Shown here one piece after another: positions 28,650 to 43,236 of a DNA stretch of 64,000 nucleotides (within the stretch, counting starts at the first letter, position 1; every line of letters begins with the position of its first letter). Source of the stretch: Octopus vulgaris (taxonomy: Eukaryota); NCBI GenBank assembly GCA_951406725.2, contig OX597828.1:72292001-72356000 (forward strand). The letters are read 5' to 3'. A program made the position numbers and the translations under genes. A model generated the notes under the pieces. That model was given only the letters and a program-made list of their open reading frames with translations. It ran no database searches and was not told where the DNA came from.

Positions 28650-29036
28650 ATTGTGGAGGTGCAATGGCCCAGTGGTTAGGGCAGCGGACTCGCGGTTGTA
28701 GGATCGCGGTTTCGATTCCCAGACCGGGCGTTGTGAGTGTTTATTGAGCGAAAACACCTAAAGCTCCACGAGGCTCCGGCAGGGGATGGTGGTGATCCCT
28801 GCTGTACTCTTTCACCACAACTTTCTCTCACTCTTACTTCCTGTTTCTGTTGTACCTGTATTTCAAAGGGCCGGCCTTGTCACTCTCTGTGTCACGCTGA
28901 ATATCCCCGAGAACTACGTTAAGGGTACACGTGTCTGTGGAGTGCTCAGCCACTTACACGTTAATTTCACGAGCAGGCTGTTCCGTTGATTCGGATCAAC
29001 CGGAACCCTCGTCGTCGTAACCGACGGAGTGCTTCC
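28650..29036 (+). mobile_element. tRNA-derived SINE family C with 10-bp TSD
   Basis: Head TGGCCCAGTGGTTAGGGCAGCGG..GGTTTCGATTCCC. TSD ACATCGCAAC at 28640-28649 and 29037-29046. A 5' partial copy lies at about 61664-61860. Confidence 0.88.
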
Positions 29037-29141
29037 ACATCGCAACCTCGTCTTTACTATGTCTTCTCGAAGGATCTTTGCCGCGCTGGAATTAGGAAAA
29101 CGGTTGTTGGTAGAAGATATAAAAACAAAACAATCTTTTAC

Positions 29142-29261
29142 CTGCGTTCATGTGTTTGTCTAGTATCAGTTGAAGCTCGGAGGATTTTTCCTCGTACATC
29201 TGAGACTCAACAGCCAAGAGGACATACTCATCCATCAACATACGGATGAGGTGGACAGAAG
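29142..29261 (-). CDS. RFX6: RFX6 exon: (A)SVHLIRMLMDEYVLLAVESQMYEEKSSELQLILDKHMNA
   Basis: acaacag / gtaaaa, 120 nt, phase 1-1. Matches RFX6 [20 protein letters not shown]...LLDKYMKN. Confidence 0.95.
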
Positions 29262-29983
29262 CTGTTGTGGAGAAGATCGTTTGATGTAGATAAGAGGAAA
29301 AAAAAAGAAAACAGAAAAAGAAATGTGATACATTTATAAGAGAAGGATAAATAGAGAGATACATAAATATATACATACATAATTACGTACACACACTCAT
29401 ATGTACACACACATATACATATGTGTATAAGTATACAATATATGTGTATGTATATGTATGTGTGTGTATATGTGTGTGTGCGTATACACACACTCACACA
29501 TACATATACATATGTATATAAGTATACAACATATGTGTATATATATATAATATATGTATACACACATTCATACACACAGGCACACACACACGCACACGCA
29601 CAAACACATATGTCTTGCGTGATTCGATCCCACTGCATGGTACCTTGAGCAAGTCTCTTCCTTCATAGCCTAGATTCGGCCAAAGTGAAGTGGATGAAAT
29701 CTGGTGATCAGAAAATGTATGGAAGCCCGCCAAGAGACAGAATTAACCAGAATCTCGGTGAATCACCACAAGACCATCAAATGGACACTGCGGGGGACTT
29801 TAGTAATATCCACTCTGTTGCAAACACTCAGACTGGATCTTCCGTCAGATGGACCCTTCCTCTCAGCGTCATACTGGTCACAGAGACCCTACATAGATCA
29901 GAGAGTGACCCACTTCTTTCTCTAACTAGACCCGCAACCAATTAAGATTAATCAGGTCCTGTGTTTTGTCAATTAATAAATAC

Positions 29984-30390
29984 TGGTGCAGGAGTGGCTG
30001 TGTGGTAAGTAGCTTGCTTACCAACCACATGGTTCCGCGTTCAGTCCCAATGCGAGGCACCTTGGGCAAGTGTCTTCTACTACAGGCTCGGGTCGACCAA
30101 GTCCTTGTGAGTTCATTTGGTAGACGGAAACTGAAAGAAACCCGTCATATATATGTGTATATGTGTGTGTATATGCTTGTGTGTCTGTGTTTGTCCCCTC
30201 CCCAACATCGTTCGACAACCGATGCTGGTGTGTTTACGTCACCGTAACTTAGCTGTTCCGCAAAGGAGACGGATAAAATAATTACTAGGCTTACAAAGAA
30301 GAAGTCCTGGGGTCGATTTGCTCGACTAAAGGCGGTGCTCCAGCATGGCCGCAGTCAAATGACTGCAGCAAGTAAAAGAATAAAAGAATA
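29984..30390 (+). mobile_element. tRNA-derived SINE family B with internal microsatellite and CR1-like tail
   Basis: Head GGAGTGGCTGTGTGGTAAG..GTTCAGTCCC and tail AAAGGCGGTGCTCCAGCATGGCCGCAGTC. Related minus-strand copies at about 305-885, 20640-21012, 23495-23878 and 38325-38767. Confidence 0.85.
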
Positions 30391-30609
30391 CCGGAATGTG
30401 TCCGTTTGTCCGTATGTGGCGTATTATTCTGTGAAGATTCTTCTTATGAAAGTAAAGGTGAAAAAACAAAGAATACAGAGAAAAAGTAATTACGTCACAA
30501 CCACATATGCCCTCTTTCATTAAGTTCCATGTAAGAAACAATTAATAGGAGTAGTAATTAATCTTGCCATCATATAATGATGTCGGAGAAAGAATTTGAT
30601 GACACTCAC

Positions 30610-30727
30610 CAAAACTTTGCGCGTTACTTAGAGTCAAGTTGTGCATAACTCGAGCTCCGAAGAAAGACCATTTTAAGAGGAATTCTTGAGCACGTTTTTT
30701 AAACGACCGTCCGTTTTGCTTGCTTGG
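30610..30727 (-). CDS. RFX6: RFX6 exon: [39 protein letters not shown]
   Basis: attttag / gtgagt, 118 nt, phase 0-1. [18 protein letters not shown] is the RFX6-type dimerisation-domain signature. Confidence 0.97.
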
Positions 30728-30961
30728 CTAAAATATATTTTAGGAAAAAAGAACAAAACAAAAAAATTAATTGACATCATTCAACAAATTCACAAATGTT
30801 TTATCAAAAGGATGCAAGTATAGAAACCATTTCATTTTGATGTTTTTCGTGGATCGAAATACGGGGATAATATCTGGGAAGCATTTACCCAGTTCGCCTC
30901 TTCTCTGAACAATTTGTGTCAGGAACGATGAAGGACAGGTCACATCTATCTCTCTCTCTCT

Positions 30962-31010
<49 letters not shown>

Positions 31011-31053
31011 AATATATATATATATATCTTTCTCTCTGTCTATTTATTTCTCC

Positions 31054-31140
<87 letters not shown>

Positions 31141-31364
31141 GATGAGTATACGAGATGTTTCTTTATAATATATATCGTGCATATATGTATATATCTATAT
31201 ATCCTTCGAACAGTTGACGACTTTAATAGTTAGTAAGGTAAAATATATTCAAACACTAAACATACTTATTACTCCGTACATAACATAGACAGAACTCAAA
31301 TTCTACGATATATCTGCTGTTTGTAATTATGGCTAGCAGTACAAAATACACTTTAATATTTACA

Positions 31365-31483
<119 letters not shown>

Positions 31484-31989
31484 CTGTCTGTCTGTCTGTC
31501 TATCAATATTTGAAATCAATATTCCTCTTATTTTCGTTTCTCCTTTCTTATTTCTTTTATTCTTTCGTCTTTTCCTTTCTTTTTCCTCACTTTCTTCTCT
31601 ATTTCGATTTCATCTCCTTGTTTTTCTGCATTTCTCTTCATTTCTCTGCATTTTCCCACTTTTTCTTCCATTTTTTTTACTTCCAAAACTTTCCATTTTT
31701 GTAATTCTTCCGTTCATCCATTTCATATTTTCGTTCTACTGTTTGTAACAAAACTAAATATCTTAATCACTTTTAACCACAATAACTAAACCCTCTCCCC
31801 CTCCCCCTCATCAACATATTTAAAAAATACCGACCTATACTTCTCCATCACTTCAAAATTCTTCAGATTCCGATCACCAATCAAAGTAATAATCTTTCTT
31901 GATTCTGTTATAAAGTCCTCAATTACAATTTAACCAATCAAAATTTAGCTGAGGCAGAGGTGGTGGGGGAGGGGTACATGTGAACTTAC

Positions 31990-32084
31990 CTTAACAACTT
32001 TATGCTCCACCACAGCATCAAGCCACTCTGTGAATGCCTCAACTGTTGCTTGTTTCCTCAGCAGTTCTTTAAATTCTTGTAGAA
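31990..32084 (-). CDS. RFX6: RFX6 exon: (F)[31 protein letters not shown]
   Basis: tctttcag / gtaagt, 95 nt, phase 1-0. Matches RFX6 [31 protein letters not shown]. Confidence 0.96.
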
Positions 32085-35000
32085 CTGAAAGAGACAGAAT
32101 CATCGCCAATATTTATATAATGATCTTGCTTTGTCCAAATATATCAACTGATGGCTAAAAGAACTTAATATAGCGATCTGTTTAACTAATTTGGTAAAAT
32201 TATAATCGTTGTAATTACACAGTTTCAAAAACAGCAACCAGCGCGCTATTTCCTGGAGAAGATAGGTCTGGAACCCAGACAACCAAAGAAAACCACCAAG
32301 GAAATAGGCAGGGCAGCTGAAACTAGCTCAAGATTGCTTTGGTTGATAAGAGGCTGCAAGTGGAACTCTTCTGTAAATGAAGACTAGCTCAGGCCTCATC
32401 GCTCCACTCAGTTGAATGTGGAGACGCGTGGTTTGGTGGTTAGGGTGCTGGACACATGATCGTAAGATTGTGGTTTCGATTTCTGTACAGGGCGGCCCGT
32501 TGTGCTCTTGAGCAAAACACTTCACTTCATGTTGCTCCAGTCCAGTCAGCTGGCAAAAATGAACAATCCTGTGACGGACCGGTGTCCCGTCCAGGTGGGG
32601 AATTTACACGTCATAAAAGCCGGGAAACCGGCCCTTATTAGTCGGCATAATTCGAAAAGGTAACTTTTTTTAAAGGGAACACTCAGGTGAAGTGTACAGA
32701 CTAAGAAAGGAAATGCTTGTGACCCCGAGATACCGGTTGATGATATGAAAGGGATTCCAGCATTGTGATGGGTTTAAAAGAGAAACTCGTAAAATCTCCG
32801 AGAAGCTCCTGCAGTTTGTGCCTGGGTCAAAGCATCTCTGTTCTTTGTTTCATCCACCTATCGATCTTATTTTGTCCAAATATATCAATTGATAGTTAAA
32901 AAGAATATAATATATCGAGCTGGTTAATTATAATTCTTGTAATTATAATTACATAAGTAGCGACCATTTTAATTACTTATCACTTGGTATTTGTCTGTTA
33001 GTTTGGTTGGGGAAGACATATCAGGAAACAGTGAGTTTGAGAGAGAGAGAGACAGAGAGAAAGAGAGAGAGAGAGAGAGGAGGAAAAGAGAGAGGAAAGG
33101 GTGAAAGAGAGGAAGAAGAGGGAGAAAGAGAGAGAGGGCGAGAAAGAAGGTGTGGAAAGGGGCAAGAAGGAGAGTAAGAGAGGTGTGGATGAGAGCAAGA
33201 AGGAGAGTGGGAAGTAGTATAACTAGCAGAATTAAGCCCAGTATATAACTGGTATGCATGTATGATATCAATGAAATAGCAGTGAGAAATAAAGATGAAT
33301 TAGATGGAATTTGATGTTGTAGTAAATCTTGGCACCAGAAACTGTAAACAGCCAAAACCATTTCGTTGTTATTTGCGTCTATCCAAATCGCCAAATCACC
33401 CTCGCAGGCATAATACAATACAATTATCAAAAAATCAGTAAAAATAATTTTAGCTGAAGAAGTTTTGATGATCTAAATCAGGAATGTTATCTTTTAAAAA
33501 TAGAATAAAAATCTAACTCAGTCTGAAGGTGCCAGGAAGTTTGGTTGCCCGGAGGAGGGAATTATCATTTTTGGATACAATTCTTTATGGTCCTTACTTT
33601 CCGTCGAAATACTTGCTTCAGAAGCTTCACATTTATCCCGCCCCTTCCCTCAACCATGTTTATTGACACCTCCAAACGCTCTTAAGAAATTTCTAGATGA
33701 CACTAAATATCTTTTTATTACCGCTTTCATTCAGCCTTTTCGGAGTCTAAATGTTTCTATTAAAAACGAAGAAGATCCTTTATTACAAAAGCCGATAGCA
33801 ACATTAAGTTATTCTCCGATATACTTCATCCATAGTAGCAGTGTTACTGAACTTCGAGACTTCTTTCTTATTTCTTCTCTGTTTCTGTTCTTGACAATGG
33901 GCTACACTGTCCAAAGCATTAAACTCACCGCCAGTTCCTCCTTACTGCTTACAAATTAATTACTTTATACACATGCTAATTTTTGCTGGTTTTCTTTCTG
34001 GGATTTGTTTTGGAATATCATTATCCCATTGACGTAAATATTACCACCGAATTACACCGGATTGAACTCGGAATATTGTCAAATAATTTAGAATGTAGAG
34101 TTTTACTTCTTAACTCCAAATTCCCTTGGGTTATATAAACAAACATAACACAAAAGGTAACAGCATTATAAATATATTTTAACGAAGCCAAAATATGTTT
34201 CATAAAATTCAGTTACTGTTTTCATTTAACCACAGGTCAGGTCTGATCAAGCAGACCTGTAATCAAAGGCATTTTAACTGTGGCCACCCCGTCTGAACTT
34301 TTTCACGCATATATTTCTAGGGCTATATTATCTAATATGTCTTTTATATTTTTAAAAAGCGAAGATTATGGGTTGAGAAAGATTTGGTTGCTATTTGTAG
34401 CATGGCGAGTGGTCATACAAAGGCTCCCTTACTTGCGCAAACAAAATACAACCACTGTTGAAGCTCCTAATTACACAAATCTATAATCAAGGACAATCTA
34501 GCCTTGACCATCTTCATATCCTTTTCATGTACTGTGTAAACAAGAACAATTTATTCAATTTGTTTTTCCGCCCTGAAGACGCTATTTGGTAGAGCTTTGG
34601 CTACTTTTTCTAGCAAGTCTGGCGGCCACGATAGTGTTACTTTATGAATTAGCAAGTGAAGGAGAAAGAGAACCCAGAAATGCTCTCAGGGCCTTTGTGG
34701 CCAGTGCGATGAAATTAACCTCTACGCAGAGACCTGGCCTAGGGTGAGGGATCAATTCTACGACCCAAGAACCGTAAAGATCCTTTTGACAGTTTTCCTA
34801 GCAGTCTCTAGTTTCTGTTTACCTGATACTGCTGGCATCCCTTTAGTCTAATAAAAGCTATGATATAAGACACTTCCTCCAGGCTCCATGCTGTGGGACC
34901 GAACATCAGACCACGGTGATACGAAGGTGTTTTATTATAACGAAATCTAAGTCAGTAGATGAACAAATTTGGGACTAAACAATCAAGGACCTGAGCAAAT

Positions 35001-36158
35001 ATTTGTTGATGCAGCAACTAATTGTGGTTTCAGGGTTTCAATCTCTCTGCGAGTACCCTAGGGCAAGCGTGTTTCACCACAGCCATAGGTCAACCAAAAA
35101 CTTTGTAAGTAACATTGGGTAGATGGAATCTGTATGGCAGCCCATCTGAGGGGTAACTCCAGTTCTTGGGTGCTAGATTTAACTAGTTGCCTCGTTTAAA
35201 ATCATCCCCTGGCCTTTGGGTGCTGTTATAGGAGTACGTCCTGTTGCAAGTATTAGGGTCTGGCTTCTGGTTTGAAGGTAGCTTCCTTTCTCCAACAAGT
35301 CTCGCAAACCCTGAAAAGCATCTAAGGCACTGCCCTTTCTCCTCAATCTTTGAGCCTGCCAAAATGCCAATGGGCGCGCAATGGACACTGATCTTTCTCT
35401 TATTAGTCTTTCAGACCCCCAAGAGACTCTGAGACATTGTGTTTTCTGGCACCAGCCTCGCAGGCGTCCAAAAGAGTCATAAGCACCGTCCTTTCTCCCA
35501 TCAGTCTTGTGGCTTCACAGAATGACCATGGGGAACATACATCCTCCTCTGACTAAGCAAAAAATTAAAAAAAGCTAAAAAAAGCTATAAAAAAAGAAAA
35601 AAAAATCCTCATTGAGGATTTGAGTAAATTTAATTTCTTGATTGATAAAATAATTAATTTGTATCGATTGAAATTAATATATTTCTAGCGAAAATATTCC
35701 CCAATTTTTATTTCTGTATTGAATGAAATGCCAGACTCTTGTTTATTTACATCGAGTTTTCCTCGAGGGATTTTATGGTCTTGTGATACGTAGACAGGAA
35801 CGGAAATGTTAAAATACATTAGCTTTGATGTGTTTTATCAAGCTCTATTTTCCCAGCAGGGGTCAGCTGATAAACATAGAGCCTCATGGGATAGATTCTT
35901 GTTTTTTTTTCTCTTAGATGGCCTTCACTATTTCTCTGACAGCCCGACGACCTTTCTAGAATCGACAACAGCAATGGCGGCGCGTAAAGGTCAAAAACAA
36001 GAATTTAACAAACAATGACTAACATTTAAAGATAGAAACAAAACGTAAAACCATGCGAGAAACAGTTATCAGTGATATATTCATTATACCCATTATTCCA
36101 TATCACACCACCATGAGATATTGTGATATCAATATAAGGATACATACATAATAATGGA

Positions 36159-36227
<69 letters not shown>

Positions 36228-36250
36228 TATACATATATATATATATATAT

Positions 36251-36301
<51 letters not shown>

Positions 36302-36389
36302 CATACCTGCACACACATGCATGTATGTATATAGTTATATACAAACATGCCATGTATTTGTTCTATCAGTTTTTGGCATGAATATCGCC

Positions 36390-36569
<180 letters not shown>

Positions 36570-36951
36570 TACGAGTATGTGTATAGGTAGTTAACTATAT
36601 GTATGTGTATATATGTAACAATACTAATAACGAAAATACTAGCACAAAGCGCGCGCGTGTATATATACATATATATATAGTTAGGAATCTAATTTGATTA
36701 CTAAACGTATTTTTAGTTCCGATGTGAAAGTATATCGACCTCAATTTATATACTTCATGCTTTGCTTCACATATACACATTCATTCACAGACACACACAT
36801 ATATACATGTACACACTCACAGCCATATATACAACATATACATACTCTCACACACATATACTACATATACGTATAAGTTTTGTTATACAAACAAAAAAAA
36901 TCGAAGTCAATAAGACTGAGTATATATGTATGTATGTATATATATATACAT

Positions 36952-37027
<76 letters not shown>

Positions 37028-37040
37028 GTATATATAAATG

Positions 37041-37086
<46 letters not shown>

Positions 37087-37542
37087 TATATACGAATACA
37101 TACAAACATGCACAGATAAATATGTGTATTCATATATGTATGATATATATATATATATGTGTGTGTGTGTTTGTGTGTATATATAAATGCATATATATAC
37201 GTGCATATACACCTACTGTTAAACGCGAAGTTATAGTGATTCTAGTGCCTAGAGTTTGTGCCAACACATTTACACGAAACACAAGGCCGTGGAGTCACTA
37301 CAGTTTTTTCGCTAAAACAAATACATATATACAAACACACACACAAATATTATACTATATATATATATATGAGAAAAGTTATACATATACAACCTCCACA
37401 CACACGCACATACATACACATATACACACACGTATATATGTGTGTGTAGATAGTACTGAATAGCATATGGTAGATATATGTTTATTTAGATGATGGCACT
37501 TGCAAGACTAGTTGCGTTTCTTTTCATTTTAATACAATCAGT

Positions 37543-37628
<86 letters not shown>

Positions 37629-38121
37629 ACATTCTGAGGATTTCAAAGCTAGAATGAAACACAAGTCTTGTTAGTACCTTCATTTGAATAAGCACAAATC
37701 CATATTCACGTAACTTTCTATTCCTCCATCTGTCATTCCAAACTTCAAAGCATATATACATGCATATGCACATACGCATGGACGTAGAAGGGAACCTTCG
37801 AAAATTTCTAACCCTAATCACGTGATCATACCCTACTACTAATCAAATTGTCTCCTAAACAGATACTAATTTGACCTACGTTCTTTTTATAAAAACAAGA
37901 AAATTTTCGAACTCCCGTGAAAAAGAAGACAGTTGCGATAAAGCCCCACGTCTTTCTATCTCAACGTTTGAAAATAATAAAATCTATGAAACCGGTTAAG
38001 TTTTCAAAATAAACCACTTTAAAGCCTACCAGTGCATTTTCACCTTTTTTTCTATATTTCTACTCGTGTGGATTAAAATAACTTTGTTTTCTATACATAT
38101 ATTCAAAGAGGTTATACTTAC

Positions 38122-38263
38122 ATTCTGCGTTCAATTCCATGTCCTGTTCACAATCAGTATCTGTATAAAGGGCCTGACTACCAATGCTACTAAGGTCAAC
38201 ACGGTCAACATCAGCTATCATTTGATTTACCATGTGTACGTCGTATAAGACTGGTCGCGCCGT
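38122..38263 (-). CDS. RFX6: RFX6 exon: [47 protein letters not shown]
   Basis: ttcacag / gtaagt, 142 nt, phase 0-1. Matches RFX6 [32 protein letters not shown]. Confidence 0.95.
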
Positions 38264-38519
38264 CTGTGAAATATAAGGAACCAATTTAGAGAAATTTTAA
38301 AGGAATATGTCTGGAAATTTTTTTATTGTTTACTTGTTTCACTCATTAGACTGCGGCCATGTTGGGGCATTGCATCGAAGAATTTTTGGCCGAATGAATC
38401 GATCCCAGTTCTTATTTGTTTTAAAGCCTGGTACTTATTCAACGGTTCTCTTTTGCCGGTTCGCTAAGTTTCGAGGACGGAAACACACCAGTACCGGTTG
38501 TCAAGCAATAGTAAACACA

Positions 38520-38610
<91 letters not shown>

Positions 38611-38886
38611 GACGGGCTTCTTTCAGTTTCCGTTTACCAAAACCACTCACAAGGCTTTGTTCAGCCCAAGGCTATAGTAGAAAACACTTTCCCAAGGTGC
38701 CACACAGTAGGACTGAACGTGAAACCATAGGGTTGGGAAGCAAATGTCTTACCTTACAGCTACACCTGTTGAAACTTCGAAAATAATCATCAATGTAACA
38801 ATGAAGGCATAAATTGAACGGAAGGTTAAGTAATAAAAATGGCATGAAATTAAAAAGGTTTGTTGTAATTAAGAATATGTTCTTAC

Positions 38887-39046
38887 TTGAGCTAAATGAA
38901 GAAAAGAAGTTTGGCGTTTCAAAGACTGAGAGAATCTGTGGGCCACCGGAAGCTTATGTTCGGTCAGTTGTTCCGGAAGGTTTTCCAGAGCAGACGACAA
39001 CCAGTTTTCCCAGTGATTGGCGAAGTTCCGAATGTCACACATCAAT
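38887..39046 (-). CDS. RFX6: RFX6 exon: [53 protein letters not shown]
   Basis: aatctag / gtaaga, 160 nt, phase 2-0. Contains the RFX C-domain/dimerisation motif [12 protein letters not shown]. Confidence 0.96.
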
Positions 39047-39479
39047 CTAGATTAATCAGGAATAGAAAATACAAGAATATGAAATTCTTTATTTTTCTCT
39101 TTTTTTTTAAAAATTAATTTTCGAATGAGACGAAAATGGAGGAAACCATCCGAAACGAGAAATTATAAAGTATTAACACAATTAAGAATTATGAATTAAG
39201 AATTATGAGTTAAGAATTATGGATTATACACAATCCCCCACACATACACAGGAATTAACTCTCAATTCAATGAGATTTAATTTTTTTAATCCAAGCTCCC
39301 GAAAGATGCAAAACGCGTTGTTTGTTGTTAGACTGGATGGCAGGGAAAAGGGAAGTAACTAGTGTACTCCCATGCAATAATTGTCTTTATTTTTGCAGAA
39401 AAAAATTCCCAATATTATTGAAATGAAAATACTTCCTTTCATACATTAGAAATAAAATTTAGTTGGAAGAACAACTTAC

Positions 39480-39529
39480 ACCTCTGGCATTTCTTGCATC
39501 GTTGCTGGAATCAGAACTTCGATCAAGAC
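39480..39529 (-). CDS. RFX6: RFX6 exon: VLIEVLIPATMQEMPE(V)
   Basis: ttaacag / gtaagt, 50 nt, phase 0-2. Matches RFX6 VLTDVLIPATMQEMPES. Confidence 0.93.
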
Positions 39530-40797
39530 CTGTTAAATAGATACAAGGGTGATTTCTGTAAAGTTACAGATTTTAGGATTTCATTTTTCTTTCTTCTTAG
39601 TCATGAAAAGGAGGGCAGAGCGAATAACTGTTTTTTTCGTGGCCGTCGAAACTGTCAGGTAGAAGAGAAAGACCTGACTTGAATGTATGTGATAGAGTGG
39701 ACTCCGTTCAAGGTCAAGAAACAACAGGTGCAGTTAAACCGGGCCATGGATAAAATATGCTACCCCAAAACTCAGAACGTTGACAGGCAGGAAAGATTCA
39801 GTAAGGTATCCTAACACTCGACGCTTTAACTATATCTCCTTGGAAAGCAAAACTGACTTCGACAGGATTCGAATTCAGAGCGAAGGGAGCCGAAATAAAA
39901 ATTGCATGTACCTCTGTAGTAGGTATAAGTTTTGGTGATATCCAATTCTACATTTAGGGTGTAAGGGGGATTATACCAATTGATATTGCCCTTTTATGGT
40001 TTTGCGAAGTGTTACTAGGTGATATATAAGGTATTTAAGGAATCCACTATTTTTTAAGATGTTCTTATAATACGATGCTGTTTGATTAAAAAGGTTTACA
40101 ATTGATGAAAGCTAGTGATGTGATGGCCAATATCATACTCTAAATTCTTCAGGATCGCGGAAGGTTGACTGGGATTTTTAGTATTTACCAATTTTTATCT
40201 GGTTTCCTATAAGAACAACGCTTATTGTTACAGGTATGTCGCAATATTTAGCGCATTGATAACATTTTAATTTACTAAAACAATTACCATCAGTAGACAT
40301 ATATGTGGCTAAGAATATCGCTTCGAACGCGAGTTCAATACTGCAGCGCAAACCTTGTGCAAATATCTTCTACCATAGACTCCTGTTGACTTGAGTCTTG
40401 TGAGTGCAATTTGGTAGACGGAAACTGCACTGAAGCCCGTCGTGGGAAAGAAAGGAAGAGTGAAAGAAAGAGAGAGAGAGAGTGTGTGAGAGAGTGGCGT
40501 TATTGTTTTTGAGTAGGCAACTCATCAGGTTTAATACCGCCATTTGGCTGTTTTGGGAATTTTGACTGGAGTCCACTTTGTGGTAAACATTCTGGACAAG
40601 TGCCCAGATTCTAATCCATCATCCAATTAAACACCATCACTTGGCTCTAAGGTACCTTTGACATACTCAACAATGCAACAAGGATACGGAAAGGGGTCCC
40701 CCCCCCAAGTCTCATAGGGACTGGAAAGGGTAATTTGCGCTCTGATTCCTTCTCTGGTTAACACATTAAAAATATATTATAAATAATACGCGCACGA

Positions 40798-40861
<64 letters not shown>

Positions 40862-41138
40862 GAGTGAGTGGACAAACGAAAGAAAGGGCACTCAACACAT
40901 AATTATTGGGAATTACCAGCCTGGCGACAAAGGTTTCGTTAGAGACTTCGAAACTTGAAGTAGCACGGAATCTGAATGAAACTGTTTTGAATAATATATT
41001 TATATATACATGTGCATACACGTGCATACGCGTGCATATACACGTGCATATACACGTGCATACACGTTCGTATACACGTGTTTATAAACACCGCTATACC
41101 ATGAATGAAATGCCATGAATGAAATGCCAGAGACTTAC

Positions 41139-41252
41139 CTTATAAAGAATGGAATCACATATGCAAATGATGTCGACAATGACTTGGTTCTTAACAAGCG
41201 GCAGCAGGTGGTCGGGCAGACCTTGCCAAAAATGCAGCAGAAAGTTTTGAAT
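41139..41252 (-). CDS. RFX6: RFX6 exon: [38 protein letters not shown]
   Basis: tctttcag / gtaagt, 114 nt, phase 0-0. Matches RFX6 [20 protein letters not shown]...CDSILYK. Confidence 0.96.
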
Positions 41253-41304
41253 CTGAAAGAGGAGAACAGAGGTTCCTTGATTGATGAAAAGTGTGAATAT
41301 ACAA

Positions 41305-41316
41305 CTGTTGTTGTTG

Positions 41317-41371
<55 letters not shown>

Positions 41372-41535
41372 CATCATTATTCTTATTGTTATTCTTCTTC
41401 TCCTTCTTCTTCTCCTTCTTCTTCTTCTTCTTCTTCTTCTTCTTCTTCTCCTTCTTCTTCTTATTATTATTATCATTATTTTTATTGTTATTCTTCTTCT
41501 CCTTCTTCTTCTTTTTATTTTTATTGTTATTATCA

Positions 41536-41610
<75 letters not shown>

Positions 41611-41630
41611 TTCTTCTTCTTCTTCTTAAT
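41305..41630. repeat. (TTA)n/(TTC)n compound tract just upstream of an RFX6 acceptor
   Basis: Directly visible. Confidence 0.9.
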
Positions 41631-41759
41631 TTTATTGTATGCATTCCCAGATTACACACGCAAATTCACAGGTATTTACACAATTTCAGAGGTATGCAAA
41701 TTCACAGGTGATAACAGCAACAACAACAACAATAATAATGATAATAATAATAATAATAA

Positions 41760-42313
41760 ATGCTCTGATGCAGTACCAGGCAGTGGCTCTCATGGCTTCT
41801 GATCTTAACTGATCGGAAGTGTTATCATGTACATTGTTTTGTCTTGGTATAAAAGATGGGCTACAGCAAATATTCCGCTCAATACCACAGATTTGCTTGT
41901 CAGTTGTTTGACCATAACCAGTTGATCATGTCCTTTAGTGGCTGACGATATGTGCATTTCTGATCACAAGCAGAAGTAGTGGGGGAGCACCATAGCCATG
42001 TGTTGAGAGGGATTCTTTGGGGTTTGAATAATTCACCTCTGGAAACATGGGTGGTTTATTCAACATTCTTAAGCAGCCCTTATTCAGGGACCTTTTGAGC
42101 AGGATGGGTTACTCGACCAGAGGAAAATAACTGGGCCCCACCTGCAAGGTCAAGTGCTGTTTATCTTGATATGAGATCACCATGTAGCGTACATATGGTT
42201 GTAGTGCCTGTGCCTAGTGTGCCCTTATCAGACGGAGAGTCACGATGGGTTTACTGGGCTTCGTATATTTGTACCCTGGTGTCACTTTGATGGCATGCAC
42301 TGCTCTCTCACTC
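41760..42313 (+). mobile_element. Non-coding interspersed element of about 550 bp in (TAA)n, copy 2
   Basis: Starts GCTCTGATGCAGTACCAGGCAGTGGCTCTC and ends CACTGCTCTCTCACTC, then (TAA/TGA)n. Confidence 0.8.
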
Positions 42314-42350
42314 AATGATGACGATGATAATAATAATAATAATGATAATA

Positions 42351-42422
<72 letters not shown>

Positions 42423-42472
42423 GGAAGACACTCGGCAAGAAATGGAAGCAAATTTGAAAGAAGAAAAGAAAG

Positions 42473-42530
<58 letters not shown>

Positions 42531-42635
42531 AATAATAATAATGATAATAATAATGATAATAATAATAATAATAATAATAATAATAGGAAGACACTCGGCA
42601 AGAAATGGAAGCAAATTTGAAAGAAGAAAAAAAAG
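42423..42635 (+). mobile_element. Two 3'-terminal stubs (about 50 bp each) of the R4/Dong-like LINE within (TAA)n
   Basis: GGAAGACACTCGGCAAGAAATGGAAGCAAATTTGAAAGAAGAA at about 42423 and 42586 is identical to 61075-61117. Confidence 0.85.
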
Positions 42636-42688
<53 letters not shown>

Positions 42689-42700
42689 GTAATGATAATG

Positions 42701-42760
<60 letters not shown>

Positions 42761-42772
42761 GTAATAATAATG

Positions 42773-42809
<37 letters not shown>

Positions 42810-43205
42810 TAATAATAATAATAGTAGTAGTAATAATAATAACAACAACAACAACAACAATAATAATAATAATAATAATGATAATAATAATAATAATTTA
42901 ATGCTAGGTCAAGTGACTTATGAGCAAAAGCGTTCTTGTCGTGACTATCCAGCATTTTATTCTATATATATGTATTTCGATTTTATTGATCTCACCAGTC
43001 TAATATTGGATTTTAATTTTGAATTATTTTTATGGAAATCAGATAAGTTTTTTTGTAAATACGAAACTGTTTTTCGCATTATAAGGATTGATGTATCTAG
43101 ACCCATGTTTGTATGTGTGTGTGAATACATATATATGTATGTGTATATACACGCACACACAGACATGAATACACATGTATGTATGTATGTATGTATGTAT
43201 GTATG

Positions 43206-43236
<31 letters not shown>

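Noticed and set aside
28653-28725. tRNA-like sequences with A/B boxes, here and at other SINE heads
   Set aside because: They are SINE heads continuing into SINE bodies with TSDs, and have no intact cloverleaf.
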